A stretch of 63,535 nucleotides of DNA, filler included. It is 7 parts of 7 records of this genome, joined end to end, with 100 filler letters (N's around TTAATTAATTAA, not from the genome) between each part and the next. Parts side by side here need not be neighbours in the genome. Positions count along the whole stretch, not along the records: positions 56,123 to 59,151 come from SRR20825010_2024; positions 59,252 to 63,535 come from SRR20825010_2032; 5 more parts are not named here. One strand, written 5' to 3'. Shown in pieces: positions 57,668 through 63,535 of this stretch. Under the pieces are notes generated by a model that saw nothing but the letters and a program-made list of their open reading frames with translations, searched no databases and was not told where the DNA came from. How positions within the stretch are numbered: the stretch's first letter is position 1; each line of letters begins with the position of its first letter. Made by a program: the position numbers and the translations under genes.

Positions 57668-58747
57668 GTGAACGATAAACGTTATCAGGTCTTTATCAGC
57701 TCAACATTTGAAGATCTGCGGGAAGAACGAAGAGCAGTACAAGACGTAGTTATCAACAATTTGGGCTTTCCGGTCCAAATGGAATCATTTCCAGCGGCTG
57801 ACGTGGAACAATTTGAATTCATTAAAAAATTAATTGATCAATGTGATTACTACGTACTGATTATTGCGGGACGTTACGGTTCCCTGGATCAAGATGGCCT
57901 CAGCTATACTCACAAAGAATACCGTTATGCTGTGTCGCAAAAAATACCGGTTTTAGTGATGATTCATGGAGCCAAAGCTTCCATTGCGGCAGGAAAATCA
58001 GAAGAAACTCCTGAAGGAAGACTGAAGCTTGAAGAGTTTATAAAGGAAACCAAAACAAATAGGCTTTGCAAACTTTGGGAAACCATCGGTGATTTGAAAC
58101 TTGCTGTTCGTGAAGCCCTAGACAACGCGAAAGTTACCCAACCTAGAGTCGGATGGGTTAGAGGAGACAACCTTGCAAGCATTGATGCTCTTGCAGAGCT
58201 AAATCATTTGCGCAAAGAGTTAGAAAAATACAAAGAAACTATTGGTGAGTTAGCGGCAGAAATCGATGTTTCCCTTCCCGAAATCCCTGCTCTGACGGAA
58301 ACGATAAGTATTGAACTACTTTCGAATACAACAGGTTGGGGTACAGGCAGTTGCGCAAAGATAAAAACCGACTGGAAGTCTCTCTTCCCAATTTTTCACA
58401 ATAGCTTAGTATGGGAACAAGCCACTTGGGATGATTATCGTTACATCGTTGACCAAAGCGCGACTTGTATTAAATTAGGCTCGAATATCGCAGGGCTATT
58501 GGCAACTATTGATCCCAAGCAAAGATTTAAGGTTAGCGAAGAGACCTATGCCAGTTTGGAAGCATACTACATTGAAGCAGGCTTCATGAATTCGGAAGGT
58601 GCCGATACGCCCTTCACCGAGTTTGCAAAAAAGTTCTCTCGAAGACTGAGAATCTCTGGTGTAACCTCTAATGGATTTGAAGTTACCTCAGGCGAAATTG
58701 CTATTGTAGCTCAAGCACCAAACCTTGACGACGAAATCCCGTTCTAA
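57668..58747 (+). CDS. DUF4062 (TIR/nucleoside-deoxyribosyltransferase-like fold) protein with coiled coil, unknown C-terminal domain and SSB-like tail
   Basis: 'KRYQVFISSTFEDLREER', 'MESFPA', 'IDQCDYYVLIIAGRYGS', 'SYTHKEY.YA', 'PRVGWVRG'; ends NLDDEIPF*; GTG start with GAGGAG RBS. Confidence 0.88.
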   Translation: MNDKRYQVFISSTFEDLREERRAVQDVVINNLGFPVQMESFPAADVEQFEFIKKLIDQCDYYVLIIAGRYGSLDQDGLSYTHKEYRYAVSQKIPVLVMIHGAKASIAAGKSEETPEGRLKLEEFIKETKTNRLCKLWETIGDLKLAVREALDNAKVTQPRVGWVRGDNLASIDALAELNHLRKELEKYKETIGELAAEIDVSLPEIPALTETISIELLSNTTGWGTGSCAKIKTDWKSLFPIFHNSLVWEQATWDDYRYIVDQSATCIKLGSNIAGLLATIDPKQRFKVSEETYASLEAYYIEAGFMNSEGADTPFTEFAKKFSRRLRISGVTSNGFEVTSGEIAIVAQAPNLDDEIPF

Positions 58748-58912
58748 GCTAAATCTATCCAGCGCTTTTTTGTCTGGAGTAACTCACTTTGAGATAGAGC
58801 AAAGAAACCATCCTCCCGCTGATCTATCGTTGGTTCATGACGTCATGGATTACAGTGTTTTACACATACTGCACAGTCCGGCGCCACGGTTTGCATCAAA
58901 CGGAGATCGGTT

Positions 58913-59151
58913 ATGTATCGCGATATTCTTGTTCACATCGACACATCCCCTGCATGTAAAGAACGTCTTTCGGTTGCATTGAAAGTTGCCAAGGCCCAAA
59001 ACGCCCACCTGACCGGCCTGTTTCTTTTGCCCTATCCCGAAATTCCGCGTTTCATGGAAGTCCAGATCACCGAAGAAGTCATGGCGCAGCAACGCGAAGC
59101 CATGGCCGAAACCGCACAATCGGCCCGAACTGATTTCGAAAGCACCTGCAA
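58913..59151 (+). CDS. Universal stress protein (3'-truncated)
   Basis: 'MYRDILVHID…RL.VA..VA….AHLTGL'. Confidence 0.82.
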
Positions 59152-59251
59152 NNNNNNNNNNNNNNNNNNNNNNNNNNNNNNNNNNNNNNNNNNNNTTAAT
59201 TAATTAANNNNNNNNNNNNNNNNNNNNNNNNNNNNNNNNNNNNNNNNNNNN
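59152..59251. other. Artificial contig spacer
   Basis: N44-TTAATTAATTAA-N44. Confidence 0.99.
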
Positions 59252-59530
59252 GGCGGTCTTCCAGCCGTTCTTCTTCCAGCCATGAATCCATTTCGAAATG
59301 CCGTCCTTGACGTATACGCTATCGGTATAAAGCGCCACCGTGCAAGGCTCCCTCAGCACTTTCAGCGCCTCGATCGCCGCCATCAACTCCATGCGGTTGT
59401 TGGTCGTCAGCTTTTCGCCGCCGCACAGATCGCGTTCCTTGTCGCCGTAGCGCAGCACAGCGCCCCAGCCGCCCGGGCCGGGATTGCCCGAGCAGGCCCC
59501 GTCGGTGAAAATCTCAACTTTTTTATTCAA
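59252..59530 (-). CDS. rnhA: Ribonuclease HI (3'-truncated)
   Basis: '[17 protein letters not shown]', 'TTNNRMEL', 'TDS.YV..GI..WI..WK.NGW'; TTG start overlaps the thrB stop. Confidence 0.95.
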
Positions 59531-60495
59531 GCCCGCTCCAGTCCGTATTCGCCGGCAGTTTCGACAGAACGATGAAAGCGCAGATAGCGCAGATATTCGA
59601 GCGGGTCCTTCTTCACGACCATGGCCCCTGCCGGCGTGTTCAGCCAGTCGTAAAGCCGGGTCAGGAAAAACCGGAGCGCCGACCCGCGGCAAAGCAGCGG
59701 CAGCGCCGCGATCTCGTTCTCGCCGAGCGGGCGCACACTCTGATAACCCTCGATCAGCGCCCGCGCCTTGGTGACGTTGAAAGACCCGTCCTTCTCGAAG
59801 CACCAGGCATTGAGGCAGATCGACAGGTCATAGGCGAGGAAATCATTGCAGGCGAAATAGAAATCGATCACGCCGGAAAGCTTGTCGCCGATGAAAAACA
59901 CATTGTCGGGAAACAGATCGGCGTGGATGACGCCCTCCGGCAGATCCACCGGCCAGCGATCCTCAAGGGTGGCAAGCTCCATGGTGATCTCGTTCTCGAG
60001 CCCCGGCTGAACCTCGTCCGCGCGGGTGGCGGATTTATCCCACAGATCGACCCAGCCCTTGAGCGCCAGCGCATTCCTGCGCGACAGTTCGAAATCCTGG
60101 CCGGCGATGTGCATCCGGGCAAGGGCAGCGCCCAGTTCACGGCAATGCGCGGCGGCGGGCTTTCTGAGCCACATGCCTTCCAGAAACGAGATCAGCGCCG
60201 CCGGACGACCGCAGAGCCTGCCATAGGGCGCTCCATCATCGCGGGCGAGCGGCAGCGGGCATGAGAGCCCCCTGTCGGCAAGGTGCTGCATCAGGCCCAG
60301 ATAGAACGGCAGATCGCCCTCGTCCACGCGCTTTTCGTAAAGCGTCAGGATCAGCGGGAACTTCTCGGTGTGAAGCAGGAAATTGGAGTTTTCGACGCCT
60401 TCCGCGATGCCGCGATAGGACAGGAGTTCGCCGACGTCATAGGCTTTCAGAAACTGCCGGAGATCGTCTTCATTGATATCGGTATAGACGGCCAA
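59527..60495 (-). CDS. thrB: Homoserine kinase type II
   Basis: 'MAVYT', '[10 protein letters not shown]', 'LTLYEKR', 'IHADLFPDN', 'IDFYFAC', 'RF.LTRLYDW'. Confidence 0.95.
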   Translation of the reverse strand: MAVYTDINEDDLRQFLKAYDVGELLSYRGIAEGVENSNFLLHTEKFPLILTLYEKRVDEGDLPFYLGLMQHLADRGLSCPLPLARDDGAPYGRLCGRPAALISFLEGMWLRKPAAAHCRELGAALARMHIAGQDFELSRRNALALKGWVDLWDKSATRADEVQPGLENEITMELATLEDRWPVDLPEGVIHADLFPDNVFFIGDKLSGVIDFYFACNDFLAYDLSICLNAWCFEKDGSFNVTKARALIEGYQSVRPLGENEIAALPLLCRGSALRFFLTRLYDWLNTPAGAMVVKKDPLEYLRYLRFHRSVETAGEYGLERA

Positions 60496-60499
60496 ATGC

Positions 60500-61495
60500 T
60501 TATCGTCCGTTGACGAAGGCCATGTCCTCGACTGTCAGTTCGACATCGCGGAGCTGGCGGTTGACGAGGAAATGTTCGTTCTCGATCGTGGTTTCGGCGA
60601 GTTCGATCGTGGTGTCGAACCGCGCGCGAAACGCCTCGATGATCTCGTTCACGACGACTTCCGGAGCCGAGGCGCCGGCCGAAATCCCGAGTGTGCGGAT
60701 CGGGCCGATCGCCTCGAAATCGAGTTCGGCGGCGCGCTGGACGAGGATCGCTTCCTTCGCCCCCGCCCTTTTCGCCACTTCCACAAGGCGTCGGGAATTG
60801 GACGAATTCGGCGCGCCGACGATAATGAAGAGATCGCAGCCGGGCGCTGCCGCCGACACCGATTCCTGGCGGTTGGTGGTGGCATAGCAGATCGAATCGG
60901 CCGACGGCGCGGTGAGGTTCGAAAACCGCTCGCGGAGCTTCGCGATCACCTCGGCCGTATCCTGCACCGATAGCGTGGTCTGGGTCACATAGCCGAGATT
61001 GTCCGGGTCGGCGGGCTGGTAGCGCTCGGCGTCCTCCACCGTCTCGACCAGCGACACCGCGCCCTCGGGCAATTGCCCCATCGTGCCGATCACCTCCGGA
61101 TGGCCGGCATGGCCGATCAGCACCACATGGCGGCCGAGCCGCTCATGGCGCATCGCCTGCTTGTGGACCTTGGAAACCAGCGGGCAGGTGGCGTCGAGAT
61201 AGAACAGATTGCGGCTTTCGGCATCGGCCGGCACGGATTTCGGTACGCCATGGGCGGAAAACACCACCGGCTGCTCGCGGTGTTCGGCCGGGATCTCGTC
61301 AAGCTCCTCGACGAACACCGCGCCCCGCGCCTCAAGCCCCTCCACGACGTAGCGATTATGCACGATCTCGTGACGCACATAGACCGGCGCGCCGTAACGC
61401 TTCAGCGCCAGCACGACAATCTGGATCGCCCGGTCGACGCCCGCGCAGAACCCGCGCGGGCCGCACAGGCTGATGGTCAATGGGGTCATGGTCAT
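60500..61495 (-). CDS. ispH: 4-hydroxy-3-methylbut-2-enyl diphosphate reductase
   Basis: '[10 protein letters not shown]', 'VHN', 'SAHG', 'DATCPLV', 'HPEV', 'QTT', 'ICYAT.NRQ', 'NSSNS', 'AGASAP'. Confidence 0.97.
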   Translation of the reverse strand: MTMTPLTISLCGPRGFCAGVDRAIQIVVLALKRYGAPVYVRHEIVHNRYVVEGLEARGAVFVEELDEIPAEHREQPVVFSAHGVPKSVPADAESRNLFYLDATCPLVSKVHKQAMRHERLGRHVVLIGHAGHPEVIGTMGQLPEGAVSLVETVEDAERYQPADPDNLGYVTQTTLSVQDTAEVIAKLRERFSNLTAPSADSICYATTNRQESVSAAAPGCDLFIIVGAPNSSNSRRLVEVAKRAGAKEAILVQRAAELDFEAIGPIRTLGISAGASAPEVVVNEIIEAFRARFDTTIELAETTIENEHFLVNRQLRDVELTVEDMAFVNGR

Positions 61496-61500
61496 CTCGC

Positions 61501-61980
61501 TCAAATCATCTCGGGCAACTGATACCAATGATGGCGGTCCTTTGTCCAATGTCCGTTTGCGCCCGATGTGGACGGAAGTGCGGCAACCGGTATCCCGTCG
61601 AGTGTGCGGCCCTGCAGCCCGCAGGCAATCTTGCTGTCCGAAAAATAGATGCGCGCGCCGGCAAGACTGGTGAACGCGATCAGTTTCGGGCGGAAATGCC
61701 GCATCTTCTCCTCGAAGGCAGCGATATTGAAGGCCGACATTGTCAGAACCTTGTCCATGCCGCTTTCGCTCTGATTGAGATCGGTGAGCCCGATGCCGAA
61801 ATCAAGGAGCTTGCGGAAATCCTGCGGCGAAACCAGCTCCGGCGTCAGCCCGATATCGTGCAGCGTGCGATAGAACCGGTTGGAGGGATTGGCATAAAAC
61901 GAACCGCTGCGCGCCGAAATGTGGCCCTTTGCCGTGCCGCAGAACACGACATCGAGCCCCGGCGCGAGAAGATCAATCAT
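61501..61980 (-). CDS. mug: Mismatch-specific uracil-DNA glycosylase (MUG/TDG family)
   Basis: '[11 protein letters not shown]', 'YANPSNRFY', 'GIGLTDL', 'LPSTSGAN'; start overlaps the SURF1 stop. Confidence 0.85.
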   Translation of the reverse strand: MIDLLAPGLDVVFCGTAKGHISARSGSFYANPSNRFYRTLHDIGLTPELVSPQDFRKLLDFGIGLTDLNQSESGMDKVLTMSAFNIAAFEEKMRHFRPKLIAFTSLAGARIYFSDSKIACGLQGRTLDGIPVAALPSTSGANGHWTKDRHHWYQLPEMI

Positions 61981-62707
61981 CCCTTCGCCGTCCGCGCCAT
62001 GCCAGCAGGCCGACGATGACCGCAAGCGTCACGGCCAGCCCGTACCAGGTGATCGCATATTGCAGATGATCGTTCGGGAACGAGATCCGGGTCACGCCGC
62101 CGACGGGCAGCCCGCCCGGATTGGGCGCGTCATCGGCGTCGATGAAGAACGGCAGCACCTCATCGGCCGAAAGCCCGGTCGATTGCGCCATCGCATCGAG
62201 GTCCTTCCAGTAGAAGATGTTCTGCGCGATATCGTTCTCGGGGACCGCGAAGGACGGCTTGCCGTCAAGCCGCTCGCGGGCGAGCCCTGTGACGGTAACG
62301 ATGCCGGCCACCTGCCCTTCCGTCCGGGTCGCGGGGTCCTTCATGTCAAACGGGACGAAGCCGCGATTGACGAAGATCGCGCGACCATCCTCAGGCCTGA
62401 GCGGCGTGTAGACGTAATAGCCGGACTGCCCCTCATGAGTCGCAAAGAAATGCCGCTCGCGGTCATGCTCGAACCGGCCCGTCACCGTCATCGGCCGGTA
62501 TTCGAGTTCGCCTGCCGGCAGTTTCTCGACATCGGCAAGCGTAAGCGGCGTTTCCTGAAGTTGCTGATCGACGGAGGCGAGCAAGGCCTCCTTCCAGTGC
62601 AGTCGGCGCACCTGCCAGTTGCCGAGCGAGATCAGGGTGACGAAGGCAAGTGCCGCCAGCGCCAGCCCAACCACCCGCATGACCGGCAGACGTCTAGGCA
62701 TCGTCAT
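61973..62707 (-). CDS. SURF1/Shy1 cytochrome oxidase assembly protein
   Basis: 'LGNWQVRRL.WK', 'GY.VYTP', 'VNRGFVP', 'N.HLQYAITWY.LA'. Confidence 0.93.
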   Translation of the reverse strand: MTMPRRLPVMRVVGLALAALAFVTLISLGNWQVRRLHWKEALLASVDQQLQETPLTLADVEKLPAGELEYRPMTVTGRFEHDRERHFFATHEGQSGYYVYTPLRPEDGRAIFVNRGFVPFDMKDPATRTEGQVAGIVTVTGLARERLDGKPSFAVPENDIAQNIFYWKDLDAMAQSTGLSADEVLPFFIDADDAPNPGGLPVGGVTRISFPNDHLQYAITWYGLAVTLAVIVGLLAWRGRRRDD

Positions 62708-63080
62708 CGCGATTGATCACGCCCTCGGCGGCGGAGTGGCGATATTGCAGCACGATCAGCACGCCCTTGAAGGCGCGCAGGGCGCCAAGCGAAAGCGCGA
62801 CCGCAAGCGGCGCCCAGATGACGATATGAACCCAGAAAGGCGGCGAATAGGTAATCTCGGTCCACAGCACCAGCGCGATCACCAGAAAGCCGACGGCGAG
62901 CATCACGAAGACGGCCGGGCCATCGCCCGAATCGGCGAAGCTATAGCTCAGGCCACAGGATTCGCATTCGGGCTTCAATGTCAGAAAACCGTCGAAAAGC
63001 CGGCCCTGGCCGCAACGCGGGCAGCGCCCCTTGAGGCCGGACAGGATGAGCGGGGCAAGCGGATTTTGATCTGCGGGCAT
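62694..63080 (-). CDS. DUF983 family membrane protein
   Basis: 'RCPRCGQG.LF.GFL…C..CG…ADSGDGPA.F', 'PP.W.H', 'KG.L..LQY'. Confidence 0.9.
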   Translation of the reverse strand: MPADQNPLAPLILSGLKGRCPRCGQGRLFDGFLTLKPECESCGLSYSFADSGDGPAVFVMLAVGFLVIALVLWTEITYSPPFWVHIVIWAPLAVALSLGALRAFKGVLIVLQYRHSAAEGVINRDDDA

Positions 63081-63118
63081 GAACCTCTACGCCTCCCGGC
63101 AAGCCGAGAGGCACCTCT

Positions 63119-63400
63119 TCACTTGATGACGTCGTTCCACGCATCGTGATTGCGCACGCTCATCGCCCGGAAGAACGGGCAGAGCGGAATGATCTTCCAG
63201 CCGCCCCTGCGCGCCTCCTCGACGGCATGTTCGGCAAGCACCTGGCCGACGCCTTTGCCGCGCAAGGCGTCCGGCACCCCGGTGTGGTCGATGATGATCA
63301 GCGTCTCGGAGCTGCGGGAATAGGTCATCTCGGCTTCATGGCCATCGACAACCGTGTAGTAACGTCCACCCGAAGCGTTCTTCTCTTCCTGTACGGACAT
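63119..63400 (-). CDS. GNAT family N-acetyltransferase (YjdJ-like)
   Basis: 'AEMTYS', 'IIDHTGVP..LRGKGVG', 'KIIPLCPF'. Confidence 0.88.
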   Translation of the reverse strand: MSVQEEKNASGGRYYTVVDGHEAEMTYSRSSETLIIIDHTGVPDALRGKGVGQVLAEHAVEEARRGGWKIIPLCPFFRAMSVRNHDAWNDVIK

Positions 63401-63413
63401 GGTGCACCCTTTC

Positions 63414-63451
63414 AAAAAACCGACCGCCGCGTCGTTGGGCGGCGGAAGGTT
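63414..63451 (-). terminator. Intrinsic terminator after cox3
   Basis: Minus strand AACC-TT-CCGCCGC-N8-GCGGCGG-TC-GGTT followed by TTTT. Confidence 0.6.
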
Positions 63452-63460
63452 GCTTCAAAT

Positions 63461-63535
63461 TCAGTGACCGGTTTCAGCCAGCGGCGCGCCCCATCCGCCC
63501 CATATATAGATGGTGAAGAACAGGAACAGCCAGAC
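63461..63535 (-). CDS. ctaE: Cytochrome c oxidase subunit III, C-terminal fragment
   Basis: Manual translation VWLFLFFTIYIWGGWGAPLAETGH*; upstream of DUF983-SURF1 as is typical. Confidence 0.85.
   Translation of the reverse strand, partial: VWLFLFFTIYIWGGWGAPLAETGH

Noticed and set aside
58789-58847. Weak FNR-like TTGAG-N4-AGCAA and perfect palindrome CATGACGTCATG upstream of the USP gene
   Set aside because: An 8-of-10 match and one 12-bp palindrome can both arise by chance in 63 kb; no supporting promoter geometry was established.

Overview
This window is not one locus. It is seven unrelated contigs joined by 100-bp artificial spacers (44 N + TTAATTAATTAA + 44 N), so no neighbourhood inference may cross a spacer. 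Contig 1 (1-30192, high-GC alphaproteobacterium, Rhodospirillales-like) carries trkA-HAD-hfq-hflX, an inositol-monophosphatase-family gene, argC, an SDR, mazG, tRNA-Leu(UAA), a tripartite tricarboxylate transporter and an atypical fold-IV aminotransferase. It continues with MFS/DMT transporters, three large unassignable proteins behind an HD-domain gene, a SPOR lipoprotein, three tandem amidohydrolases and the end of an RTX-type protein. Contig 2 (30293-33436): DUF3445-like protein, cold-shock gene with long leader, sugar-acid dehydrogenase and dehydratase. Contig 3 (33537-37414): rarA end, ketopantoate reductase, HemG-like flavodoxin with an FNR-type box, crcB, rluC-like gene, HAD. Contig 4 (37515-44641, gammaproteobacterium, Alcanivorax-like): mnmG-rsmG-parA-parB-atpIBEFHA. 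Contig 5 (44742-56022): tRNA-Pro 3' half, PaaI thioesterase, double cold-shock-domain protein, an MrpA-less Mrp antiporter operon with three MrpD/NuoL-like subunits, then coxG-coxS-coxL-like genes. Contig 6 (56123-59151): LysR, Met-rich lipoprotein, an AT-rich DUF4062 (TIR-like) gene, USP. Contig 7 (59252-63535, Rhizobiales-like): cox3 end, GNAT, DUF983, SURF1, an inserted MUG glycosylase, ispH, thrB, rnhA. The best candidates for undescribed biology are (i) the DUF4062 protein ending in an SSB C-terminal-tip mimic (…NLDDEIPF*) and (ii) the three-gene unknown module at 15083-18912. All family and taxon calls come from motif recognition by eye; no searches were run.
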